DNA of 53,098 nt from Nanobdellota archaeon (GTDB lineage: Archaea; Nanobdellota; Nanobdellia; Pacearchaeales; GW2011-AR1). The notes under the pieces are model-generated. The model saw nothing but the letters and a program-made list of their open reading frames with translations, was not told where the DNA came from and searched no databases. A program made the translations under genes and the position numbers. This document shows, one piece after another, positions 38,538-48,173 of this stretch (positions are counted from its first letter, which is position 1; each line of letters begins with the position of its first letter). Location of the stretch: NCBI GenBank assembly GCA_038045945.1, contig JBBSXC010000007.1:1-53098 (forward strand), written 5' to 3'.

Positions 38538-39626
38538 TTATTCCCAGTTTATTTTGTATCTCAATACTGCTCCTATTCCGCTTAGGTTTAGGAATTGTTT
38601 TCCGTCTTGGTTGTCGTCTGATACCATGTCTATGTGTGCTCCTGTTTTTCCTGCTAGGTCTAAAAATTCGTTCATTTCTTCTTTTGGTAATTTTTTGCTT
38701 ACTATTATTCTTTCTACTGCGCTTGCTTCTAATGCTTTTTTTACTTCTTCTTTTTTGTATGCTGTTAGCCCCGGATTTTTTCCTAGTCTTTCAAAAAATG
38801 TTTCTAGTATCTTTTTTTCTTTTATTATGCTTTGTTGTGCTAGTAAGTCTTTGCTTGCTCCTACTAGTAGTTCTAGTCCGTGTTCGTCTGAGTCTCCTAT
38901 GTCTTTCATTCCTATGACCATTTCTCTTAGTTTTGTTACTAGTTGTCCTTCGTCTAAAAAGTCGTCTTTTGTTGGCATTGGCCCTCCGATTATTATTCCT
39001 TTTAGTTTTGGTTCGTCAAACATGAATTCTTTCATTGCTTCAGCTACCCTACGATAAAACTCTTTTGCTGCTCCTTCTGTTATCCTTGCGAATCTTGCTG
39101 CGCTTTGTCCTCCTGCTCTTACTTTGCTTGGTACTCCGCTGCTCATCTTTTTTAGGACTTTTATGTTGTTTCCTTCTAGCATTCCTATTGTTGCTTCTTT
39201 TCTGTCTATTACTAGTAATCCGTATACTTCTTTTACTTCCATCATTTCTTTTAGTGGTTCTACTACGAATACTTGGTCGCACCTGTATGCTCTTACTTTT
39301 AGTGGTAGCATTGGGTGTATGTCGAATAGTTCTATGTTTGGTTGCCCTTCATTTTCGCTTGTGTTTCCACAGTATAGTGCTAGACCGTTTTCTGGTGTTT
39401 CTCTTATTCCTTTTAAGTATCTTATTACTCTTTCTAGTGCGTCTATTACGTTTTTTCTTGTTGCTTTGCTTTTTATGTTGTTTGCTGTGCTTTTTTCTCC
39501 TTCTAGTTGTCTTGTCACGCTGTCTTTGTTGAATCCTGCTGGTATTAGCACGCTTACGAGTTCCGTGTGTCTCCCTCTGATGAGTGATAGCTTATCTATC
39601 ATTTCTTCAAATGTTGTGTTTGTCAT
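38538..39626 (-). CDS. prf1: Peptide chain release factor aRF1
   Basis: GRHTELVS, NIKS, YRCD, GGQS, GIGAVLRY. Confidence 0.96.
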   Translation of the reverse strand: MTNTTFEEMIDKLSLIRGRHTELVSVLIPAGFNKDSVTRQLEGEKSTANNIKSKATRKNVIDALERVIRYLKGIRETPENGLALYCGNTSENEGQPNIELFDIHPMLPLKVRAYRCDQVFVVEPLKEMMEVKEVYGLLVIDRKEATIGMLEGNNIKVLKKMSSGVPSKVRAGGQSAARFARITEGAAKEFYRRVAEAMKEFMFDEPKLKGIIIGGPMPTKDDFLDEGQLVTKLREMVIGMKDIGDSDEHGLELLVGASKDLLAQQSIIKEKKILETFFERLGKNPGLTAYKKEEVKKALEASAVERIIVSKKLPKEEMNEFLDLAGKTGAHIDMVSDDNQDGKQFLNLSGIGAVLRYKINWE

Positions 39627-39661
39627 GTTTATATTCCTCAAATAGCATTAATAAATTTAAG

Positions 39662-42118
39662 CTATAGTAGTTGTACGTTTAGAATTCCTTCTTTTATTTC
39701 TTTAGCGCTGCATACTGTTTTTATGTCTTCTAATACTTTTGTTAGTAGTTTTTTGTCTTCTTTTGTTATTGTTAGTATTATTTCTGCTTTTTGTGATTTT
39801 TGTGCTTCGGACTTTTTTTGCCTTACTTGACTTATTATTTCTAGCATCCTTTTCCATACTAATTCGTCTTCATTTTTTTGTTCTATTTTTAGTAATTCTG
39901 GCCATTCTTCTTGGTGTACAGATTTTTTCCCTTCTTTTTTTGCGAAGTGTTCGTGGTATATTTCTTCTGTTATGAATGGTGTGAATGGTGCCATTAGTTT
40001 TGTTATTGTTAGTATTGCTTGGTATAGTGTGTAGTTTGCTGATGCTTTTTCTTCTTCATTTCCGTTGTATACCCTCCACTTTACTATTTCTAGGTAATTG
40101 TCGCATAGTGTTTTCCAGAAGAATGTGTCTGTTTCGTTTTTTGCTCTTGAGTAATTGAATTCTTCTAGGCTTTCTGTTGCTATTTTTATTGTTTTGTTTA
40201 GTTCGTTTATTAGTAATCTGTCTGTTTCTTCTAATTTTGGCATTTTTTCTTGGTGTTTTAGGTTCATGAATGCGAAGTTGCTTGCGTTTAGTATTTTTGT
40301 TGCGAACTTTTTTCCTGTTATTACGTCTTTTTCTTGGTAGTCTATGTCTTCTCCTAGTTTTGATGAACTTGCCCAGTACCTTATTGCGTCAGAACCGTAT
40401 TTTTCCATTATTGTCTTTGGGTCTATAACGTTTCCTTTTGATTTTGACATTTTTTCTCCGTTTAGTGAGACATTTCCCGATATCATTATGTTATTCCATG
40501 GTATTTCGTTTTCGTTAATTAGGCTCTTTGTTATTGTGTAGAATGCCCATGTTCTTATTATGTCGTGTGCTTGAGGTCTTAGTGAGAATGGTATTTTCAC
40601 AGCGTTTTTTACTAGTGAACTGGCTATTTGTGGTGATAGTGATGAAGTTGCCCATGTGTCTAATACCATTTTTTCTCCTTGTGCTTCTTTTTTGCACGTT
40701 GGGCATTTCTTTTTGTTTTGTAATGGGTCAGTAGGTAATTCTTTTTCTTCTGCGATTATTATTTTATCACAATTTTTACAGAACCATGCTGGTATTGGTA
40801 TTCCAAAGTGTCTGTTTCTTGATATGTTCCAGTCCCATTCTAATCCTTGGATCCATGAGTCATACCTTTTTTTCATGTGCTCTGGATACCAATTTATTTT
40901 TTCTCCTTGTTTTTTCAATTTTTCTTTTTTATCTATTATTTTTATGAACCATTGTGGTGTTGCTATGAATTCTATGTCTGTTCCGCACTTGTCATGTGTG
41001 TTTACAGAGTGTTTCATTTGTTCTTTTTTTACTACTAATCCTTTTTCTTCTAGGAAAGAAATCATTTTTTTCCTTGCTTCTGGTGATTTCATTCCTTTTA
41101 TTGGTTCTTTTGTGTATACTCCCTCTTCTGACATCACGTTTATTGCTTTTATTTGTGGATGTCTGCTGAGCCATTGCACGCAGTCTAGTCCTCCGTAACT
41201 GCAATAGTATACTACCCCTGTTCCATAATCTGTTTTTGCTGAGATGTCATGTGTGATTTTAACTTCTTTTTCTGCGAATGGTACGCTTACTTTTTTCCCG
41301 ACTAATTCTTTTCCTTTTATTTTTTTTATTATTTCTAGATCTAAATCTTTTCCAAATTTTTCCATTGAGTCCTTGCTTATTATCCATGTTTCTCCATCTT
41401 TTTTTGTTTCAACGTATTCTCCATTTTCGTTTATTGATATTCCGATACATCCTATGTGTAATTCTGGTCTTGTTGTTGCGTATATTATGAACTTTTCACC
41501 TTCAGATTTTTGGCCAATTTCTAGTTTTGCTTTTATGTATACTAGGTTTGTTGTTCTTTCTTTGTCTTCTAGTTCTGCTTGGGCTATTGCTGTTTGGCAC
41601 TCTGGACACCAGATTGTTGGGAATCCTTCTTTGTATACTTCCTTTTTTTTGTATAGGTCTAGGAAGTTTTTTTGCGATATAGTTCTGGAATTATCATCTA
41701 TTGTTGAGTAGCACAGGTTATAATCTGCTGATACCCCTAAGTTTTTCCAGTCGTCTACAAATTTTGGTGTTATTTCTTTTAGTGTTTTTAAGCATAAATC
41801 TATGAAGTCTCCTCTTGACATATTTTTGCTTTTTACTTGTTTTATTTTTTCTACTAGTCTTTCTGTTGGTAGTCCGTTGTCGTCTGTTCCGAATGGGTAG
41901 AATACGTTGTGCCCTCTCATTCTTTTGTATCTTGCTATGAAGTCTTGTTGTGAGTATGAGCATGCGTGTCCTATGTGCATTTCTCCAGATACTGTTGGCG
42001 GTGGTGTGTCTATTGAGTAGGTTCTTTTTTTTGATTTTTTGTCAAACGCATAAATTTTTTCTTTTTCCCAATAATCTTTCCATTTTCTTTCTATTTCTTT
42101 TGTGTTTAGTTCAGCCAT
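39662..42118 (-). CDS. valS: Valyl-tRNA synthetase (archaeal type)
   Basis: DTPPPTVSG..HIGH, WNISR, DTWATSS, KMSKS. Confidence 0.96.
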   Translation of the reverse strand: MAELNTKEIERKWKDYWEKEKIYAFDKKSKKRTYSIDTPPPTVSGEMHIGHACSYSQQDFIARYKRMRGHNVFYPFGTDDNGLPTERLVEKIKQVKSKNMSRGDFIDLCLKTLKEITPKFVDDWKNLGVSADYNLCYSTIDDNSRTISQKNFLDLYKKKEVYKEGFPTIWCPECQTAIAQAELEDKERTTNLVYIKAKLEIGQKSEGEKFIIYATTRPELHIGCIGISINENGEYVETKKDGETWIISKDSMEKFGKDLDLEIIKKIKGKELVGKKVSVPFAEKEVKITHDISAKTDYGTGVVYYCSYGGLDCVQWLSRHPQIKAINVMSEEGVYTKEPIKGMKSPEARKKMISFLEEKGLVVKKEQMKHSVNTHDKCGTDIEFIATPQWFIKIIDKKEKLKKQGEKINWYPEHMKKRYDSWIQGLEWDWNISRNRHFGIPIPAWFCKNCDKIIIAEEKELPTDPLQNKKKCPTCKKEAQGEKMVLDTWATSSLSPQIASSLVKNAVKIPFSLRPQAHDIIRTWAFYTITKSLINENEIPWNNIMISGNVSLNGEKMSKSKGNVIDPKTIMEKYGSDAIRYWASSSKLGEDIDYQEKDVITGKKFATKILNASNFAFMNLKHQEKMPKLEETDRLLINELNKTIKIATESLEEFNYSRAKNETDTFFWKTLCDNYLEIVKWRVYNGNEEEKASANYTLYQAILTITKLMAPFTPFITEEIYHEHFAKKEGKKSVHQEEWPELLKIEQKNEDELVWKRMLEIISQVRQKKSEAQKSQKAEIILTITKEDKKLLTKVLEDIKTVCSAKEIKEGILNVQLL

Positions 42119-42160
42119 ATTTTGTTATAGAATTGCTGACTTAAAAAGTTGTTGTACAGG

Positions 42161-42640
42161 TTAAATTATTGTTAATTCATCATTTTTTCTTACGAGCCCT
42201 TCTTGTAATACTTTCGCGTACATCCCTCTTCTTTCTAGAAGTGTTTTCATGAATTCTTTCACTCTTTCTTTCCCAATATAGGGTAGTACTTCTAAGTTTT
42301 TGCAAGGGTTTGCTTTTTCTGTTATTTCTATTATTGCTCTTCCTGCTCTTATTCTTGTTCCTATTCTTAATTCTTCGTAACTTATTCCTTGTGAACTTAT
42401 GTTTTCTCCTAAGTCTCCAGGTTTTACTTCCCACCCTTCGTTTGCTAATTGTTCTATTGTTTCTTTAGGCATTATTAGTACCGCCCTTTTGTTTGTTGAG
42501 AGTTTCCATCCGGTTCTATAAACGTTATAATCTCCTTGGAAACCTGCCGTGTATAATTCTGCTTCTTCTACAGGCATTTTTGGTATCCCTCTCTGACCAG
42601 GAGTTTTTTGTTTTACGTTAATTTGGTATATGAGTCCCAT
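42161..42640 (-). CDS. MOSC domain protein
   Basis: GIPK, GD, RAV, PGDLGENI, ITEKANPC, RRGMYAKVLQEG. Confidence 0.9.
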   Translation of the reverse strand: MGLIYQINVKQKTPGQRGIPKMPVEEAELYTAGFQGDYNVYRTGWKLSTNKRAVLIMPKETIEQLANEGWEVKPGDLGENISSQGISYEELRIGTRIRAGRAIIEITEKANPCKNLEVLPYIGKERVKEFMKTLLERRGMYAKVLQEGLVRKNDELTII

Positions 42641-42709
42641 GGGATAATCATCTGTTTAAGCGTTTATAAGTATTTTTAGAATAAGTTTTTATCTCTTGTG
42701 ACCTCTAGG

Positions 42710-43213
42710 TTATCTTTCTTTTCTTTTTGATAGGTTTGTTTGTAACTTTTTCATTATTTGGTATGGTGTTTCTATGTAGTCTATTCTGTCGTAGTGTGGT
42801 TGTATTGATTTTTTGTTTCCTAATATTTCTCCCGTGAATATTTTTATTGTTCCTACTTTCATTATTGATCCAATTATGCCCACGTTTACGCTTACGTTTT
42901 TTATTTGGTCGTAATCTATTGACTTGAAGTCTCTTCCTATGATTCCTGATTGTATTACTATTCTTTTGTCAGTTATTGCGTAGTATAGTCTTGAGTAGTA
43001 TAAGTGCCCTATTATTTGTCCTGTTATTAGTGTTAGTATTCCTATTACTATTCCCCATAGTGTTGTTTTTATCAAGAATCCTGCTCCTACTCCTATGATT
43101 ATTCCTGCTATTGTGCTTGATATAATCATGTGTAGCAAGTATGCGTCGTATTTTGGTTTTCCTTCATAAATTACTCTTTCTTTGTTTTCTAAAACTTTTC
43201 CTACTTCTCGCAT
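42710..43213 (-). CDS. Membrane protein with bacterial PH (bPH_2) domain
   Basis: Two TM segments, then YAITDKRIVIQSGIIG...IKNV...VGTIKI. Confidence 0.85.
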   Translation of the reverse strand: MREVGKVLENKERVIYEGKPKYDAYLLHMIISSTIAGIIIGVGAGFLIKTTLWGIVIGILTLITGQIIGHLYYSRLYYAITDKRIVIQSGIIGRDFKSIDYDQIKNVSVNVGIIGSIMKVGTIKIFTGEILGNKKSIQPHYDRIDYIETPYQIMKKLQTNLSKRKER

Positions 43214-43264
43214 AAAAAAAAGTGTGTTATCGTGTTAATAAATCTTTTTAAATTAAGCTCTTAG

Positions 43265-43780
43265 ATGTTTATTATGGTTAATAGAAGATCTAGAGATTAT
43301 GATGAAGATGGTGATTATCATGAGTGCAGCACTAGGTCTATCTCCGGCTTTAGTCCTGCTACTAGTTTAGAGCCATCAAGGGTTAGAGCGATGCTAGAGA
43401 TCATGCCTTATTTTATTGATGTTAAGCATAAAGGCGATCGTAGTAAGCCGCAAAAGTTGTACAGGCTTAGTAAGACCGATATGCTCGACTCTTCTAGTGA
43501 GGATTTATCTTTTAATAGGTCTGATTTTGAGTCAGTTGTTAATAGTGATGACACTTCTGGACTTTTAAGAATACTTTCAATCCTTCATCTGACTAAAGAG
43601 TTAAAATTGTTCAAGATTGATGAAGGGGTTACTAATGATCCTCTTTATAGTCATAGAAAAAAGAAGCCTTCAAAACTTTTTCAGGACGTTTTAAGGGCTA
43701 ATAGTGAACTTCTTTACCTTAGAATTTCTAAGGAGTGGCCCGGCATAGTTATGGATGATTCTCAAAAGAAACGCAAATAA
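43265..43780 (+). CDS. Hypothetical protein
   Basis: 171-aa ORF; no recognisable motif. Confidence 0.6.
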   Translation: MFIMVNRRSRDYDEDGDYHECSTRSISGFSPATSLEPSRVRAMLEIMPYFIDVKHKGDRSKPQKLYRLSKTDMLDSSSEDLSFNRSDFESVVNSDDTSGLLRILSILHLTKELKLFKIDEGVTNDPLYSHRKKKPSKLFQDVLRANSELLYLRISKEWPGIVMDDSQKKRK

Positions 43781-43831
43781 TCTTTTTTAGTATAACTAAA
43801 CTTTCTTAAACTTCTTATCCATTTCTTCTTT

Positions 43832-44443
43832 ATGGTTTCTCAAATGATTGCTCTTAAGCAGTTATCAGAACTAAAAAGGCTTGGTAAGTATCAGCGTCTT
43901 GCTGCCGAAGGTTGGTCTTATAAGTGGCAAACTCTTATAGCTACTTTGATGTCTGCTAGGACTCTTGATAGGACAACAATACCTGTTGCTAAAAAACTCT
44001 TTACAAAGTATTCAACTATAGAAAAATTGTCAAAGGCGCGGGTTACTAGTATTGAGAATATTATTCACCCAGTGAATTTTTATCGCAATAAATCAAAAAA
44101 TATTATTAATTTAGCAAAAATAGTCTTTAAGGATTACAACGGAAAAGTTCCCATGATTATGGATAAGCTTGTTGAACTTCCGGGTGTTGGTCGTAAGACG
44201 GCTAATGTATTCTTAGCTGAGTATGGAGGAGATAATGTGGGGGTCGACACCCATGTGGCGTTCTGCTCGTTACATCTTGGTTGGACTAACCATACTAATC
44301 CTGATAAAGTTGAGAAGGATTTGGAGAAGTTGTTTCCTCGCTCTAAGTGGCATGAAATTAATGAGGTTTTGGTTCATTTTGGTCAAACTTATCCTTCTAG
44401 GAAGAAAAAGTTGGAGATTCTTAAAGGCATAAAAATTTTTTGA
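43832..44443 (+). CDS. nth: Endonuclease III-like HhH-GPD glycosylase
   Basis: LIATLMSART, FYRNK, HhH LPGVGRKTANV, VDTHV. Confidence 0.9.
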   Translation: MVSQMIALKQLSELKRLGKYQRLAAEGWSYKWQTLIATLMSARTLDRTTIPVAKKLFTKYSTIEKLSKARVTSIENIIHPVNFYRNKSKNIINLAKIVFKDYNGKVPMIMDKLVELPGVGRKTANVFLAEYGGDNVGVDTHVAFCSLHLGWTNHTNPDKVEKDLEKLFPRSKWHEINEVLVHFGQTYPSRKKKLEILKGIKIF

Positions 44444-44481
44444 TTAATCAGCTTTAAATACCCAGGTTTTTTTGTTATAGG

Positions 44482-44862
44482 ATGATTCTTAATAGATTAA
44501 AGAATGGCAGCGCGTATGAACGTTTGGCTTACTTGCAAAGCCAAATTGTTGCGGAGTTAGAACCTGTGTTTTTTAGTGTTGTTTACCCTATGACTCAGAT
44601 AAGTTCTAGGATTGGCGGAATAAGTAATGATCCTGATACTGAGATGTGGAAGTACTTAATAATTGGGGGGTTTACAGCATCTGCGGGTATTGCTGGAGCA
44701 ACAGCTTATTATCTGGCTAGTAGGAAGGTTAAAACTCCTGTAGATTTTACTAATCATGCTCTTGATGCTACTTTTGAAGGCGTTGATAGGGCCGGTAGAA
44801 TTGTTAATGAAACAGCTAGAGCTATTAGAAGAAGTGTAGATGATATAAGTGAGAGAGTTTAG
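44482..44862 (+). CDS. Hypothetical protein with one Gly/Ala-rich TM segment
   Basis: YLIIGGFTASAGIAGATAYYLA; TATA upstream. Confidence 0.6.
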   Translation: MILNRLKNGSAYERLAYLQSQIVAELEPVFFSVVYPMTQISSRIGGISNDPDTEMWKYLIIGGFTASAGIAGATAYYLASRKVKTPVDFTNHALDATFEGVDRAGRIVNETARAIRRSVDDISERV

Positions 44863-44903
44863 TTCATCAATAACTTTTTAAACATCATTTATCTTTTCTT
44901 TTC

Positions 44904-45071
44904 ATGGCCGATGTTATTAGTACACCTTCTGGTTTTGGCGGACTTATGCGTTATAATGATGAGTATCCTTCAAAATTCAAGCTTAACCCAACACACGTCG
45001 TTGCATTCATAATAGCAATAATAATTTTTGTTGCTGGACTAAACATATTCTTTCCCATACCAGTAGTTTAG
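44904..45071 (+). CDS. secG: Preprotein translocase subunit Sec61beta (SecG); absent from the ORF track
   Basis: Manual translation MADVISTPSGFGGLMRYNDEYPSKFKLNPTHVVAFIIAIIIFVAGLNIFFPIPVV*; GGLMRY...KLNP plus TM is the archaeal Sec61beta pattern. Confidence 0.9.
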   Translation: MADVISTPSGFGGLMRYNDEYPSKFKLNPTHVVAFIIAIIIFVAGLNIFFPIPVV

Positions 45072-45081
45072 TGGTGTAACA

Positions 45082-45408
45082 ATGTTTGGCGGTATTAATC
45101 CTTCACAAATTCAGGGCATGATGAAGAAGATGGGAATAAAGCAGGAAGATATAGAAGCATTAAGGGTTATTATAGAAAAAGTTGATGGTAGTAAGATAGT
45201 TATTGATAATCCCACAGTTACTAAGATTAACATGCAGGGTAATGATTCTTGGCAAATAACGGGCGAATCAAGAGAAGAGTCAGCAGGCCTTAGTGAGGAA
45301 GACATAAGCGCAGTTATGGAAAAGACTGGTTCTTCAAGAGAAAAGTCTGAGCAGGCACTAATTGACTCAAATGGAGACTTGGCAGAAGCAATTCTTTCAT
45401 TGTCATAA
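45082..45408 (+). CDS. nac: Nascent polypeptide-associated complex protein
   Basis: MMKKMGI, PTVTKINMQG...QITG, UBA-like EDI...ALIDSNGDLAEAIL. Confidence 0.93.
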   Translation: MFGGINPSQIQGMMKKMGIKQEDIEALRVIIEKVDGSKIVIDNPTVTKINMQGNDSWQITGESREESAGLSEEDISAVMEKTGSSREKSEQALIDSNGDLAEAILSLS

Positions 45409-45451
45409 AAAACCATAATATTCTTTAACTATTATTGTTCTCCTTTCTTTT

Positions 45452-45931
45452 ATGGAACAAAAGTTTTTGTTATCTTTAAAGAATGCTGATAAATCTTTGA
45501 GAATGGCAGATCATTTAGCTTGCGTCACTTATCCTTTATTGTTAGATAACAAGATTTTTTTACAAATAATATCAGAACTTAATATTTTCTCAATATACAT
45601 GATGAATTCAGTATTGCAGTATGAGTACTATTTTAAGAGGATACAGTTGTTTACTGATGCCAAAATTAATTTTGAGACTTTTAAGAATGATTGTGTAAAG
45701 TATTATGGTTTTACTGATAAAGAGTTATCATCACTTTATGAGGTTATGCGACTTGGAGAAGCCCATAAAAATTCTCCTATGGAGTTCGTAAAGGGCTCTA
45801 ACGTTGTAATAATGAGTGATGGTATGAGAACTGACACGATAAATATTGATAAAATAAAGTTATTAATGACTAATCTCAAGTCAATGTTAGCAAAAGTAAG
45901 AGCCAGGCTGCAGCAAAGCAGGTTGTTCTGA
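45452..45931 (+). CDS. Hypothetical protein
   Basis: ADHLACVTYPL, HKNSPMEF; ends QSRLF. Confidence 0.75.
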   Translation: MEQKFLLSLKNADKSLRMADHLACVTYPLLLDNKIFLQIISELNIFSIYMMNSVLQYEYYFKRIQLFTDAKINFETFKNDCVKYYGFTDKELSSLYEVMRLGEAHKNSPMEFVKGSNVVIMSDGMRTDTINIDKIKLLMTNLKSMLAKVRARLQQSRLF

Positions 45932-46172
45932 ACTAAGCTTATACAACTCCCTGGTAGTAACACTTCGAAAGGTTTAAATATGTGTATTCCTTGTACTTTT
46001 ATGGTTTGTAACATCAATAAATCTTGCTCGGAGGCGCAATTTTTCGTAATTCTTACTAATAGTTTGTTGTTAGTAGTTTTATGAACAAAAAATTCCCTTA
46101 CAGAAGGTATTTATACCTGTGAGCTCTTCTAATTGCTCATTCTGCAAAGGTGTTAAGGCGTAAAAAAAGGAC

Positions 46173-46607
46173 ATGGACAAAATAATTCAAGAAAAAATCA
46201 GTGCTGACCACTTACTGTATGTTAGTTTAAAATACACTAAGACGGGGGACGTTATTCTTAATCTTCTTAAACGTTGGACTTCTATGATTGACGAGGCCAT
46301 TACTAGTCTTCTTGATAAGGCTAAGAAGAATAAAAAAATCTCTATTATCCCTATTGCTCCTAAAATGAAGGTTATTGAGATTCGTAAGATTTACTCTAAA
46401 GTTCCTGAAATTATTGCTGCTATTGATCTTTACGAATTTTTTAAGCGTATTCCGGCTTCTGAGTATCTTAAGGAGAATGAGTTTAGGAAGAATATTACTT
46501 TAAAGGTTAATGATAATGGTCATTGGTTTGATATTAATCTTGATAAGCTTAAGGAGTATTCTGTTATTCTTGAGAAGTTTATTAGCAGTATTAAGCAAAT
46601 TTTGTAG
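46173..46607 (+). CDS. Hypothetical protein
   Basis: ADHLLYVSLKYTKT, EFRKNITL; shares the ADHL start motif with the upstream ORF. Confidence 0.75.
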   Translation: MDKIIQEKISADHLLYVSLKYTKTGDVILNLLKRWTSMIDEAITSLLDKAKKNKKISIIPIAPKMKVIEIRKIYSKVPEIIAAIDLYEFFKRIPASEYLKENEFRKNITLKVNDNGHWFDINLDKLKEYSVILEKFISSIKQIL

Positions 46608-46680
46608 TTTTTTGTCCTAGAAAAGTTTATAAGCAATAATTAACATTTCTTATAAAAGTAGGTTTATGAATTTATAAATA

Positions 46681-47451
46681 ATGGGTCGTATTTTTGTTGT
46701 CACTTCGGGTAAGGGCGGTACTGGTAAAACCACCTCTGCTGTTAATCTTGGTTCTGCTCTTAATTCTTTTGGTGAGGATGTTATTCTTGTTGATGGTAAC
46801 TTGACTACTCCTAATGTTGGTTTGCACTTTGGTGCTCCTGTTGTTCCTATTAGTCTTGCTCATGTTTTGAGTGGTAATGCTAAAATTGAGGATTCTATCT
46901 ATGAGCATGAGTCTGGTGTTAAGATTATTCCTACTTCTTTGTCTATTAAGGAATTGCGTAAGACTAATAAGAAGTATCTTGAGAATATTGCTAAGAAGCT
47001 TAAGCGTTTGTTTTCTTATGTTATTTTTGATTCTGCTGCTGGTTTAGGGGATGAGGCTATTTCTATTATTAGTCTTGCTGATGAGGTTATTCTTGTTTCT
47101 AATCCTGATATGCCTTCTATTACTGATGCTTTGAAAACTATTAAGATTGCTGAAGAATTAGGTAAGACTGTTCGTGGCGTTATTATTACTCGTGTTCGTT
47201 ATGATAAGACTGAGCTTACTCCTGAGAACATTATTGATATGTTAGAGGTCCCTATTCTTGGTGTTATTCCTGAGGAGTTTGCTGTTCGTGAGTCTTTAGC
47301 TATGAAGTCTCCTGTTGTTCATACTCATCCTAAGTCTCGTTCTGCTGAGAAGTATAAGGAGATTGCTGCTAAGATTATTGGTAGGGATTATAAGGCTAAG
47401 AAGCACAAAACTGGTTTTTGGTCTTCTATTAAGAAGTCTCTTGGTTTGTAA
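46681..47451 (+). CDS. minD: MinD/ParA family ATPase (archaeal MinD)
   Basis: SGKGGTGKTT, DGNLTTPN, DSAAGLG, SITDALK, GVIPE; amphipathic C-terminus FWSSIKKSLGL. Confidence 0.93.
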   Translation: MGRIFVVTSGKGGTGKTTSAVNLGSALNSFGEDVILVDGNLTTPNVGLHFGAPVVPISLAHVLSGNAKIEDSIYEHESGVKIIPTSLSIKELRKTNKKYLENIAKKLKRLFSYVIFDSAAGLGDEAISIISLADEVILVSNPDMPSITDALKTIKIAEELGKTVRGVIITRVRYDKTELTPENIIDMLEVPILGVIPEEFAVRESLAMKSPVVHTHPKSRSAEKYKEIAAKIIGRDYKAKKHKTGFWSSIKKSLGL

Positions 47452-47486
47452 GTAGGATTTTTAAATCTGGTTCTTATAGTATTTTT

Positions 47487-48158
47487 ATGATTACTGATAA
47501 AGAGGCTGATATTGTTAAGCGTTTAGGTATTGATCTTGATCGTCTTAAGAGTGAACAGGTTAAGATTTCTAGAGCTGTTTCTGTTATTGATTCTTTAGAT
47601 TTTGATAATGTTGATTTTTTTGGTTCTTTTAGCAATTTTATTGTTGGTAATAAAATTCTTTGTGGAGTTGTTGTTGTTAATGGTGAGCAGGAGGTTGTTG
47701 AAGAAAAGTTTTTTGTTGATAAAGTTTCTTTTCCTTATTTGTCTGAGTTTCGTTCTTATCGTGAGCTTCCTTCTATGATTAAGGCTCTTAGTCTTTTAGA
47801 GAATAAGCCTCAGCTTGTTCTTATTGATGGTTTAGGCATTAATCATTCTAGGCTTGGTTTGGCAACACACTTTTCTATTAACTCTAGTATTCCATCTATT
47901 GGTATTAGTGATTCTGATTTGGGTTTTGTTATTAAGGGTGATAAGTTTTTTCTTGATGGTCGGCAGGTTGGTTGTGTTGTTCAGTCTAAGGTCGGTTCTA
48001 AGCCTCTCTTTGTTAGTCCTGGTTCAGGCATTTCTATTGATACTTCTGGCAGGATTGTTAAGTCTTTAGTCACTCCCCCTCACAAACTCCCAGGGGTTAT
48101 GAAGCTTGCTCGTAAGTACGTTAAGAGGATCAGTAAAGAAATTTTTGGTAAAGAGTAG
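47487..48158 (+). CDS. nfi: Endonuclease V family protein (divergent)
   Basis: FPY...YRE, LIDGLGINH..LGLATH, PSIGI, PLFVSPG, KLP. Confidence 0.85.
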   Translation: MITDKEADIVKRLGIDLDRLKSEQVKISRAVSVIDSLDFDNVDFFGSFSNFIVGNKILCGVVVVNGEQEVVEEKFFVDKVSFPYLSEFRSYRELPSMIKALSLLENKPQLVLIDGLGINHSRLGLATHFSINSSIPSIGISDSDLGFVIKGDKFFLDGRQVGCVVQSKVGSKPLFVSPGSGISIDTSGRIVKSLVTPPHKLPGVMKLARKYVKRISKEIFGKE

Positions 48159-48173
48159 GCAATATATTTTTTA

